64,000 nt of DNA, taken from positions 56,589 to 120,588 of the forward strand of contig CAWJCY010000013.1 of assembly GCA_963841565.1 (NCBI GenBank). The letters run 5' to 3'. The stretch comes from an uncultured Nitrososphaerales archaeon (GTDB lineage Archaea > Thermoproteota > Nitrososphaeria > Nitrososphaerales > Nitrososphaeraceae). A program made the position numbers and the translations under genes. Below are positions 33,773-43,352 of the stretch, one piece after another; the first letter of the stretch is position 1; each line of letters starts with the position of its first letter. The notes below the pieces were generated by a model. It saw only the letters and a list, made by a program, of their open reading frames with translations, ran no database searches and was not told the origin of the DNA.

Positions 33773-34819
33773 ATGACATCAAGTTCAATCCACTCCTTTA
33801 ATCTAGACACCACAGAGCCCCAAGCCGTTTGCAAAGGCGGTAACAGAACAATAGTCAGTAGTGATAACTTCCCAGTCCTCAAGGGGATGGCATTGTATCT
33901 GTTGCGTTTGGAAAAAGGTGGCATACGTGAGCCCCACTGGCATCCTAATGCAGCAGAATTGAGTTACTGTGTCAGAGGGAAGGCGATTATGACAATATTT
34001 GGCCCCGATGCTTCCGTTGACACTTTTACTGTAGATCGAGGAGAGATTGTATTTGTGCCACGTGGCTATATCCACCATATTGAAAATATAGGATTGGAGG
34101 AAGCAAAGTTCGTGCTTGCATTTAACCACGAGAAACCCGAAGATCTAGGGATTACCGGTTCGCTTGGCTCCATGCCCAATAGGATCCTTGATAAGACGTT
34201 TAACCAACATTCAAATTTTTTCAGTCAGTTTAATTATGGATCCTCCAAGGATATCTTGATCGGATCTAGACAGGATTTACAGTTATCAACGGAGGCCAGG
34301 GATGAGCTTAGTCGAAGGATCCCAAATAACCACAAATTTAATCTCGATGGGATTCCGCCTCAAATTCAGAATGGAGGCGGTACAGTTTCTTTGGGCAATG
34401 CTAGTAATTTTTCCATCCTAAGCGGCCTTGCTTGCTATTCTCTATTTCTTAGGCCCGGCGGGATTAGAGAACCACATTGGCACCCTAACGCAGCTGAATT
34501 AGACTATGTGGTTGAAGGTATAGCAAAAATGGTAATTCTAAGTCCAGGCGGGAATGTTGATTCATTTGAAGTAAAAGCAGGAGAAATCGTGTTTATTCCT
34601 TCTGGATACCTTCACTATATAGAAAACGCTGATGCAGAAAAAATGACTCAGTTTGTGGTATTCTTTGGCCATGAACGACCAGAAGACATAGGCATTTCTG
34701 GATCCCTGAGCGCATATTCAAATGAGGTTTTGGCCGCCATAATAGGTACCGATCCAAAAATTTTTGATTCACTTACTAGGCATGATGAAGATGTTTTTAT
34801 CGTATCAGGGGGTGCCTAA
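33773..34819 (+). CDS. Bicupin, oxalate decarboxylase/oxidase family
   Basis: Two copies of GGIREPHWHPNAAEL, with GYIHHIEN and GYLHYIEN. Confidence 0.9.
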   Translation: MTSSSIHSFNLDTTEPQAVCKGGNRTIVSSDNFPVLKGMALYLLRLEKGGIREPHWHPNAAELSYCVRGKAIMTIFGPDASVDTFTVDRGEIVFVPRGYIHHIENIGLEEAKFVLAFNHEKPEDLGITGSLGSMPNRILDKTFNQHSNFFSQFNYGSSKDILIGSRQDLQLSTEARDELSRRIPNNHKFNLDGIPPQIQNGGGTVSLGNASNFSILSGLACYSLFLRPGGIREPHWHPNAAELDYVVEGIAKMVILSPGGNVDSFEVKAGEIVFIPSGYLHYIENADAEKMTQFVVFFGHERPEDIGISGSLSAYSNEVLAAIIGTDPKIFDSLTRHDEDVFIVSGGA

Positions 34820-35400
34820 GAATTATGTATGTTATTTCAGATAAGTCATTGTAAACATCGGATAAATCATGTCGTGACAAACTCTACTTTAATTGACCCT
34901 TGAACAGATCATGTCAGCTAAATTATCTGGTCACATTGCATTGTTTTTCAGATTATAACAAGACCCTTAATAGAAATAATTACAGAGTATGGAAAGTCGT
35001 TGATTCAGAAGGGACCGTTATCTAATAGGTATGTATTCTTGCTATGGAAATTCTGCCGATCACGGTCTAAATAATTTAAAGGATGGAATATAGTTCTTAG
35101 CTAGTTAATGGCTTTGTATCATCGTATTTCGTATCTATATTTAGTGCTGATGCCAGCCTTTCTCCAAGTACGTCTGAGATGAATTATTGGGAGATAATCT
35201 ATCGAATTTCTGGCTCAACACTGCCTGGTAACTTGTGATTGATTCGTTGTCATCTTAATGAATATGCTTATTGCCGAATAGAAGGGGTATTGTCTTAGTT
35301 CGCAAGTCGGTACTAGAGATTATTCAGAATCTTTTGAATTTGATTAGTGATAATACGAATATTCTGGAAGGTATAAAGCAGATGGACGCATGCATAAGTA

Positions 35401-35490
35401 GTGAAGATGAAGGGAAGGCGGTATTACGGCTGTCATGATACTATAACAGCACTGTAGTTCCATTCTTAATGCCTTCCCTTCATGTCTTAC
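35401..35490. repeat. ~90-nt intergenic multi-stem hairpin
   Basis: Perfect 13-bp IR ATGAAGGGAAGGC (35407-35419) / GCCTTCCCTTCAT (35471-35483), inner GCTGT/ACAGC stem. Confidence 0.8.
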
Positions 35491-35682
35491 AAAAAGGGAC
35501 TGTCGAGCAGTTCAGTGAAGCTAGATATGATCTTTTTTAATTCATCTATTAATTGTACTAGCAGTCAGTTCCATTCAATAATTTAAAAAAATAGTGAAGG
35601 TTGAATGCACCAATTATTGGGTTCAGTACAATTAATACATCCATATATATAATACGGATACTACAGATATTTTGATTTCGGA

Positions 35683-36561
35683 ATGGAACTAGAAAGGAAA
35701 CGAAGTATTCTATCTATAGCAGGAAGCGGGCTAGCATTGCTAACTTTATTGACTTTGAGTAGTGTGACGATGAGCGTTATGTCAGCAACAGCACAGCAAC
35801 AAGAGCAAGGTAGCATGACCACAGGAGCTGATGAATTGTCATTTACTTCACTCTCTGAGCAACAGGCAGTAGCTTCACAGACACAGGAACCATCAACTAA
35901 CGCAGCATGTGGACAAGTCGTAAGCGGAGTAGTAAATCTAACTGCAAATCTTAACTGCAGTGGAGATGGTATCATAGTAGGTGATCCAAACACAGTAATT
36001 AACATGAATGGATTCTCAATCACAGGACCTGGACAGGACAGCTCTAAAGTTGGAATTATGGTACCAAATGTTGATAATGTAGTAGTAAATGGACCTGGTT
36101 CAATAAGCAACTTCCAAGCAGGAGTACTTCTTACTGGAGCAACTGGATTTGCGATTAATTCTGTCATACTATCTAACAACCAGATAGGTACATTTATGAC
36201 AGGAGCTGAAAATGCACAAGTACAACAAAACATCATACAAGGTAATAGTATAGGTGTAGCATCTCACTCAAGTACAGGTGCTGCTATAGACTCAAACCTT
36301 ATGAATGGAAACTTGCTAGCAGGAATAACATTTGTCAACTCACAACAGTCAAGTATAGCAATGAACAATGTAGTTGGAAGTCAGAATGGAGTATTTCTTG
36401 ATGGACAGAGCATACAGAATACAATATCAGCCAATAACGTACTTGAGAATGTAATTGACCTTAACAATGCAAACGGACTACCAATAAACATCAATGCAAA
36501 TCAGTATGTAGACAACAGCTGTGAGACAAGTAATCCAAGTGGTCTGTGTATAGGAAGGTAG
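35683..36561 (+). CDS. Secreted right-handed parallel beta-helix protein (NosD/pectin-lyase-like)
   Basis: Signal peptide; CG...LTANLNCSGDGI; Asn-ladder repeats. Confidence 0.88.
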   Translation: MELERKRSILSIAGSGLALLTLLTLSSVTMSVMSATAQQQEQGSMTTGADELSFTSLSEQQAVASQTQEPSTNAACGQVVSGVVNLTANLNCSGDGIIVGDPNTVINMNGFSITGPGQDSSKVGIMVPNVDNVVVNGPGSISNFQAGVLLTGATGFAINSVILSNNQIGTFMTGAENAQVQQNIIQGNSIGVASHSSTGAAIDSNLMNGNLLAGITFVNSQQSSIAMNNVVGSQNGVFLDGQSIQNTISANNVLENVIDLNNANGLPININANQYVDNSCETSNPSGLCIGR

Positions 36562-37078
36562 TAAAGTACAGGAGAGCAAAGAGCCTCCACTTCTTTAATT
36601 TTTTATCAACTCGATAAGAACTGATGTTAAAAAAGATTAGTGATAGAAGAGAATCTGACCAATCATCATTGGATTAAATAATTCACTTAGAACATATTTG
36701 AAAATAATCATTGGGTAAAAGGGTACTAAGGATCAAATAATCTTCTGCTTTTAATTGTAACTTTTGTTTTGTTGTCATTGTCCAAAGGTGAATGTTTGAA
36801 AACGAAATCTGCTTTTTGAACGAAGTGAGTGATATGAATTTGATCTTACGACTGACATGTTTTACCCCTCAAAAACGTAACGGTATGAGAGCAAATAGTT
36901 GAGCGTCATCAAGGAACCCTCATCTCGTCAGGTAGTAAATAGTGCAAAGCTAAAAGGACGTAGAAAAGAGAAAGTACTATAAATAATGCTCAAATTGAAG
37001 CAAGAATACAATTTTTGATGACCAGGTAGAGTTCAAATTTGATTAATAGATGAATATTTTTTCCCGAAGTCGTAAGCC

Positions 37079-38393
37079 CTAGTTACACAAGATGCTAGGA
37101 GCTGTAACAACCATACCATACTTCTCATCAACAAGTCGGGCTAGCTTTTGTGGAAAGTTTTGTTTATGCCGCGAATTCGAGTTGTGTGAGTAGCTTAATC
37201 CATTTAGCATCATTTCGAAGCTGCCAACAATGATTAGCTTTTCCTTGGAACGAGAAATCGCTACGTTCAGGTCTTGTAGCGAACCAAGTGCGCCGACCAA
37301 TCTTTCTGGATTGTTTCGGACTAAGGAGAAAATTACAATATCTGCTTGTGTGCCCAGCGCACCAGTCGTTGTCAAGACTCTAGTCTCAATGTCAAGATGC
37401 TGAAGATATTTTGATATCGTCCGTCTTTGTTCTGTATATCGTGTCACTATAGAGATCGACTTTGAGGGAGCTACTCTTTTGATTTCACAACAGATCCGAA
37501 CACAGGCTTTCGCTTCTACTTCATTATACCATGAGCTAGGTCCTCCCATCTCTTCGTTGCCATTCAGATTAACCCAAGTAATAACTTCTTCTGGATTAAG
37601 AATTTCCTTATAATTCTTATCAATAGCATATTCCGCTCCAAACCTCCTACTTGCTATTTCAGGGGCCGAATTCAAACCACCATAATCAGCAAATTCATCC
37701 ACTAACATTGCTAGCCTATCAGGGAGTCGATGGGTAGTAAAGAGTGTGTCATACTTCGCACATTTAAGTACCCATTCCATTGCACTAAGATCATAGTCTG
37801 CTAGCCCTATAGGTCTTGATTGTTTGGGATCGCCCACAACAGTAGCTATGATTCCACACTTAGATGCAAGTTCGATTATATTGTTGGTTTCATAAGAAAT
37901 ATTTTCCTTCATAAGATGAATACCTAACTGATTGATTCCAAGAGCAAAAGGAGACAAAAGATGTTCCAGTCTTTCAATACCTGCTTCATCAATGATCATA
38001 TTTTCAAATTTTATCGAGGTGGACAGTCGTTTGAGCGATTGGGTTGTGCAAATCACGATTTTTTTCGCTCTGACGAATTCAATGTTATTGCTAAAAGGTA
38101 TGGGGAGTCTAGGATCAGCTCCAGGCGCGTATCCACTTCTGACGCATAAGAATTTTGATCCTTCAGGACCTAAAACTATACTCAATTCCCTTGCGAATTC
38201 GTTGGCTGCCGAATTGGTAAAGGCTACCAAGAGCATATTCTTGGCATATCCTTCGCAAATCATTTTAACTGCAAGAAAGTCTACCCGTAGTCGTCTTTCC
38301 ACATCCTGCTGGTCCGATTACGCCCGCCACTCCTCCTGATTTGACACGCCAGTTCAATATTCTAGATTGATCTGGATTGAGTTTTATCGTCAT
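37079..38393 (-). CDS. UPF1/Dna2-like SF1 helicase; +1 frameshift at about 38280 just after Walker A
   Basis: ATG 38393 overlaps the upstream stop (ATGA) and reads MTIKLNPDQ...GPAGCGKTT; downstream frame has AFTNSAANE, IIDEAG, VVGDPKQSRP, NEVEA, LNVAISRSKEKLIIVG. Confidence 0.85.
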
Positions 38394-39793
38394 ACCAAAA
38401 GCTCCGGCGGAATAAGCATCTCAGCGGCTAATTTGTGAAATTGATGAATAGGTCGAAGCATGCTTCGGGTAAGGTTGAGCTCATCCCTAAGTAGGATTAA
38501 AGGAAAATGAAATAGTTGCCTCTTAGCCCTTTGTACGGCGATCTTAGATCTAAAGCTAAGTGTGATTTTACTATTCCTGACCTCCATCACGCTAGCCTGC
38601 TCATTGATACAAGAAAGAAGTGACTTACTTGGTTCCATTCCTATTATTCTTACAATCCTACGTGGCTCAAGCGGAATGTTATCGTCAGTCCTCGAAAGTA
38701 TAACTTTTTCATCAATATTAAAATCATAAGAGTACCCTCTAGATAGTATGCCGATTTTCTCCAGCCTACGTAAGGCTTCTTCCTCTCCATGCTTGCTTAT
38801 CTGCGTATAAACCACATGTTTGTGTAGGTGTGTTTCTGCTCTCTCCTTCAGGATCGCATAGCGTTTAGCAAAAAATTGCTTTGTCACTTTTTCATACTGA
38901 GCAGGTAACTTGCCTTCATACGCTAATCTAGCATCGCGTTGGTAGAAAAGACATTCTTTACTCCCCTCTAGGCCTTTATCGCAGACAGGACAGAATTTTG
39001 GTCTCTGAACGCGAACCCTTTCCCCACAAAGGACCATGTGAGCAAATTGTCTATTGGTCTTAATTCTTTCTACTTCCTTCACGATTGTTTCTGTTTTAGG
39101 GAAGTACACCCCACTGTTGTGTACTATGCATGAAAAATTGTGCCCACTCCAATCGTCTTCGCTGCGACGGTATCTAAAATTTGCAAGTAGAGTATTGGCA
39201 ATGAGTTGCCATTTCTCTCGGCCACTTACAGTATTGCTAAGTTCGTAACTTTTCCAATCTAGCAAACCATATCCACTAGAATACTCTAAAAGTGCGTCGA
39301 TCCTACCTTCGTGATGGTCCTTGATATTTGTAATTGTAACTTCTGTTAGGACTCTTGAAGGTCTTTCATGATTCTTCATCAACCTCCGGGTCATTCCTAC
39401 GACAAGACCATTGTAGATATCATTGACTTGGAGCTCGAAATCGTCTTGGACAAATCTATTTTCTTGATGTGCGCCTTCTATGATATCTTTGATTACAGTA
39501 TTTACTATTTCGGATGATTCATTTACTATTTTCTTGGCAATTTGTTCATAATTCTCCAACCCGCTATGCCAATTTTCAAGAATTGGGCCGCTCATACACA
39601 AGCTCATTATGTCATGAACAGTATTGGCGACTAGGTAATCTTTATCACTCCTAGTCGCTCCAAATGGGTAATCAAGTTTGAAAAGATTTTGGCAAACACA
39701 TGCGGTGGCAATTTCTGAAGACTGTACAAGATGGGTTTGGCATCTTCTCAAATAGTCATAAGTTCTTCTAACGTCAATAATATCACTATTCAT
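38390..39793 (-). CDS. Cas4/Dna2/AddB-like Fe-S PD-(D/E)XK nuclease with C-terminal barrel/stalk-like extension
   Basis: SSEIATACVC, TVHDI, E...GRID...LDWKS, WQL, CPVC-x9-C. Confidence 0.8.
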   Translation of the reverse strand: MNSDIIDVRRTYDYLRRCQTHLVQSSEIATACVCQNLFKLDYPFGATRSDKDYLVANTVHDIMSLCMSGPILENWHSGLENYEQIAKKIVNESSEIVNTVIKDIIEGAHQENRFVQDDFELQVNDIYNGLVVGMTRRLMKNHERPSRVLTEVTITNIKDHHEGRIDALLEYSSGYGLLDWKSYELSNTVSGREKWQLIANTLLANFRYRRSEDDWSGHNFSCIVHNSGVYFPKTETIVKEVERIKTNRQFAHMVLCGERVRVQRPKFCPVCDKGLEGSKECLFYQRDARLAYEGKLPAQYEKVTKQFFAKRYAILKERAETHLHKHVVYTQISKHGEEEALRRLEKIGILSRGYSYDFNIDEKVILSRTDDNIPLEPRRIVRIIGMEPSKSLLSCINEQASVMEVRNSKITLSFRSKIAVQRAKRQLFHFPLILLRDELNLTRSMLRPIHQFHKLAAEMLIPPELLV

Positions 39794-39922
39794 ATTTTTG
39801 TTCCTCCCCTCCCCTCTACATTCATTAAGACTTTAGACGGTCAATGCCTGCATGTAACAGGAGGCGATCGTCCATCTATAGATGCAACAGTTGTCAATAT
39901 TTAAGTGGAAGATACTGTGATC

Positions 39923-39941
39923 GGGAGGGAGGGAGAGGGGG
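39923..39941 (+). other. Canonical G-quadruplex-forming motif
   Basis: GGG-A-GGG-A-GGG-AGA-GGGGG in AT-rich intergenic DNA. Confidence 0.6.
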
Positions 39942-40165
39942 AGTTCAAGTATAGATTAAACAAAATATGCATCAAGATGAATTAACTTCGCATTTGTTCG
40001 CAACAATTACAAGTACGGGAGCTGCTGTTAAGTAGGCCAAGAGCTTCTAATGATTTTTCCTCAAATGCATAATCAACATTAGATTCGGATACAATAACTG
40101 TTGTATACTATGCAACACACTGAAAACTAATTGTAAATATACATGATGAAAGTAAAGTTTTTGAA

Positions 40166-40339
40166 ATGATGGAAATAGAACTGGAATTAACATCTCACTC
40201 TAAAGATGTGACTGAAATCTTAGAAAAGGTATCTCAGTTAGTAAAGAGGTCACAGGAATTAGGATTTGAAATGAAGGAGTTAGAAATCGAATCGGAGTAC
40301 GATAAAAAAGAAAAGGAAGGGGCGGCGGAGAAAGAATAG
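40166..40339 (+). CDS. 57-aa acidic small protein (below the ORF-track cutoff)
   Basis: MMEIELELTSHSKDVTEILEKVSQLVKRSQELGFEMKELEIESEYDKKEKEGAAEKE; beta-alpha-beta-like amphipathic pattern; TAAATATA element about 30 nt upstream. Confidence 0.65.
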   Translation: MMEIELELTSHSKDVTEILEKVSQLVKRSQELGFEMKELEIESEYDKKEKEGAAEKE

Positions 40340-40346
40340 TCAGACC

Positions 40347-40383
40347 TTCACCTCACTCTCTAACTTTGAGATTTAGAGGTGAA
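40347..40383 (+). terminator. Stem-loop after the small ORF
   Basis: TTCACCTC...GAGGTGAA 8-bp IR with inner TCTC/GAGA. Confidence 0.4.
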
Positions 40384-40665
40384 CTGGCCAAAAGGTCAGT
40401 CGCCGAAGATTTTATTCATTTAAATCAGTTTATCTGTTCCACTTCCTAACTAATGTACCACTGCAACATTATAATATAACCGAGAATAGTTTTGCAACCA
40501 GTAACATTTAGGAGATGAGGCAACTGTCAAATTACTTGCTTATATGGTGGGTAACAAGTGCTGATGAGACAATAATGTGCTTAAGAGATATACATTTGTC
40601 TCAAAAAAGCGAACCTGGGTAAATGAACAATAAGTATAATCTTTTTCAGAAGAGTTGTCCAATAT

Positions 40666-41628
40666 CTAAATAAGTCCAGTTTGGTCATGATATCCTTCTA
40701 TCTGAATAGTGGCATGGGTTATTCTAAAATTCTTCTCAAGCAATGAATTTATTTCTTGTAGCACCTTCAAGGACTTACTTGGATCTATAACTACGACATG
40801 AGCAGATAATGCGTTTAGACCTGAGGTAATGGTCCAGATGTGCAACTCAAAGACACCAGTTACACCTTTAATCTGAAGGATTGCATTCTTGACAGCTTCA
40901 TGTGATATGTTGGCCGGTACACCCTCCATGAGAATATGAAGTGATTTGTTAAGTAGCCTCCAAGTCCTTGGGAAGATGAACAAGGCAAGAACGATGCTTA
41001 CTATGGGGTCGGCCAAATAAAAGCCGGTTAAATATATGACAATTCCCGCAATGATAATACCAACTGATCCGAGTGTATCGCTAAGGACTTCAAGATATGC
41101 TCCCTGCATATTCAGGTCGACATCTTTTTTCTCGTTTTCGGAATGATCCTTATTCAAGTCGATTGTATGCTCATCTCTTTCGACTGAATTGAGAGGGATA
41201 TTGTGCGAGTGACCCTTGAGAAGCAGTATCCCTACGACATTCACGACAAGTCCAATGCCCCCAACTACTATCATCGGTAGCACATCGATTTGATGAGGTT
41301 CTATTATTCGCCAATACGCTTCATAGAGAATGTAAAAGGAAATCAATATCAATACGACACCATTGGCTAGTGCGGCAAGTATCTCCAATCTATAAAATCC
41401 AAATGTTCTTTGGGGGGTGGGAGGCTTGCGGGAATAAGAAATTGCGAAGAGGGCCAGGGCCACCCCCCCAACATCTGCTACCATATGACCGGCGTCAGCA
41501 AGTAAAGCTAAGCTACCCGTTATGATGCCAGAAACCACCTCTACGGCGAGAAACCCAGTAACGATATAGAATACGATCCTGAGCTTTGTTATCCGATGTT
41601 TCGTTATTTCATTTCTAGTTGTGGACAA
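40666..41628 (-). CDS. czcD: Cation diffusion facilitator (Zn/Co/Cd exporter)
   Basis: SLALLADAGHM, TFGFYRLEILAAL, His-containing loop, ELHIWTITSG, HATIQIE. Confidence 0.92.
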   Translation of the reverse strand: MSTTRNEITKHRITKLRIVFYIVTGFLAVEVVSGIITGSLALLADAGHMVADVGGVALALFAISYSRKPPTPQRTFGFYRLEILAALANGVVLILISFYILYEAYWRIIEPHQIDVLPMIVVGGIGLVVNVVGILLLKGHSHNIPLNSVERDEHTIDLNKDHSENEKKDVDLNMQGAYLEVLSDTLGSVGIIIAGIVIYLTGFYLADPIVSIVLALFIFPRTWRLLNKSLHILMEGVPANISHEAVKNAILQIKGVTGVFELHIWTITSGLNALSAHVVVIDPSKSLKVLQEINSLLEKNFRITHATIQIEGYHDQTGLI

Positions 41629-41683
41629 TTATTTTTCCTTCAGTCCACATACAGTCTATTATTGCCTATTATATTGATATTCT

Positions 41684-41699
41684 CAATACATATGTATTG
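41684..41699. promoter_or_regulatory. Perfect 16-bp palindrome, candidate metal-regulator operator
   Basis: CAATACATATGTATTG about 55-70 bp upstream of czcD, next to a TATA-like element. Confidence 0.5.
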
Positions 41700-42059
41700 G
41701 AAGGTCCACTCGGAAGTTTAAACCTCTATAATGTAATAGGTTGGGAGGTTTGGGAGTAATGGAAAATCCTAGCTGTCTTAAGTATTTAGGCTACTATACC
41801 ATACGAATGTTAGATCATTTAGAGACAGAGTAATGGTCACCCCACGGATAAGATTACTAGTATACGGTAACGAGGATTGTCGTGGGAATGGCACCTATTC
41901 GAGACCCATTTCTCTTCTCACCATTTGATTTCGAATAACCTTGGTTAATGCACTCCACTGCATTCGATTTAAACAATGGCATTGACAACCAATCAGTTAT
42001 TGCGTTCGTCCGCGAAGTTGATTCCTTAAATATTGCTTATGGCATTTAGAAAACCAACT

Positions 42060-42507
42060 ATGAAAAACAATGAATTCATCCTGGCTGGAGTACTGGCAAC
42101 AGTATTACTTTTCTCGACAACTGCTATGCCGCAAGGCATTTGGATTTCTTCAGATCCTGTAAACGCCCAAATGGATAGCGGTAATCAGACAGCAGTTATA
42201 GACCAGTTACTTTCAAACCTAAGCCAAGCAAAGGAAGGCAGCAGGAAGTGGAAACTCTACGGCGGTAACCATGCAATTGACCGCTATAATAGGAGAGCTC
42301 TCTGATATACTTGGTAAGGTGACAACCGATGAAAACGGCGAGAACTTGGACGAACATACGCACGTATTCGTACACAAAGGACATACTCATACCGTAACAC
42401 ACAAGCATCCTCATCATTCTGACCATCATCACCATGATAATGGAGACTGGTTCGAAAAACATCACATTTTCAATCCAAATGATTGCAAACCAGGCCTTAT
42501 GTGTTAA
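42060..42507 (+). CDS. Secreted His-rich putative metal-binding protein; +1 frameshift at about 42238
   Basis: Signal peptide ending VNA-Q; removing one G gives KEAAGSGNSTAVTMQLT...; C-terminus HTHVFVHKGHTHTVTHKHPHHSDHHHHD...CKPGLMC. Confidence 0.75.
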
Positions 42508-42923
42508 TCACCCCCCCTCTTTTTTTATTATTTAATATTGAGAATCTAACATACAATAAGCATTTAATTCAAATTATAGTTCAATGAAAATTAAGCCATG
42601 AGTTTCGACAGTATGTTAAAATCTTACACTTCTAAAGACCCTTTTCCATCCGCTGTTTAAAAGAAAAAATATGAATTATCCCACGATGGACTATCATATT
42701 TCTAACCTCGATAGCTTTTGCAGCATCTTCAATATCTGCATGAGGGATAGTACCATGGCTAACTCCCACTGCTACAAGCTGGCCACGCAAACCAATCTGG
42801 AAAAACTCATCCACTATTTTGTTAAACGTCTCAACTTGCTTGACCCTAGACCTCAAAAATTCTTTAATGGAAAGTTCTAACGAGGATATAGATTTAAGAA
42901 AGGACATGTGCATTGGATAAGAA

Positions 42924-43136
42924 ATGAATCCACCAGTACCAGCAGAAGATGCACCGTTAAATACATGGAAAGAATTCCTGCATAGGATAAATGATGCAAA
43001 CGTCAAAGAATTAAGCGACGAAGAGCTAATCCTATGTAAAAAGAAGAATGAAATACTAGAAAAGCGTTACCACACACAAACACAAGCAATATTAGGAGAA
43101 TTAAGGCGCCGGAACAGAATTTACGAATTAAAGTAG
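42924..43136 (+). CDS. Small helical hypothetical protein
   Basis: 70-aa ATG ORF, amphipathic helices. Confidence 0.55.
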   Translation: MNPPVPAEDAPLNTWKEFLHRINDANVKELSDEELILCKKKNEILEKRYHTQTQAILGELRRRNRIYELK

Positions 43137-43163
43137 ATTTACTATGGAACTAAGACTGAGTAA

Positions 43164-43352
43164 ATGATAAGTAATACGTACTGGCAAGATATCCCTATGT
43201 CTATGCCTGAAATTCCTCCTGGATTAGCGCTTCTTCTGCAACCTGGTCCAGGTTGTGGGGTAGAATCGCGAGAGGGTCAAGATATCCATCCGGGAGAAAC
43301 GATTACATGCACGTGGGTCAACGAATATAGAGTAGCACCTCCAACCTCCTAA
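43164..43352 (+). pseudogene. Fragment of a surface-protein beta-sandwich repeat
   Basis: C...GQDIHPGETITCTWVN resembles the end of a prealbumin-like surface repeat; no signal peptide. Confidence 0.35.

Noticed and set aside
37932-38339. Plus-strand ORFs over the helicase, and similar antisense ORFs over the PQQ dehydrogenase, HtrA, amidase, kinase and epimerases
   Set aside because: They overlap well-supported genes on the other strand and have no motifs of their own.
36561-40660. CRISPR-Cas locus suggested by the Cas4-like nuclease
   Set aside because: No repeat-spacer array, cas1 or cas2 is visible; the nuclease has a long C-terminal extension and a coupled SF1 helicase.
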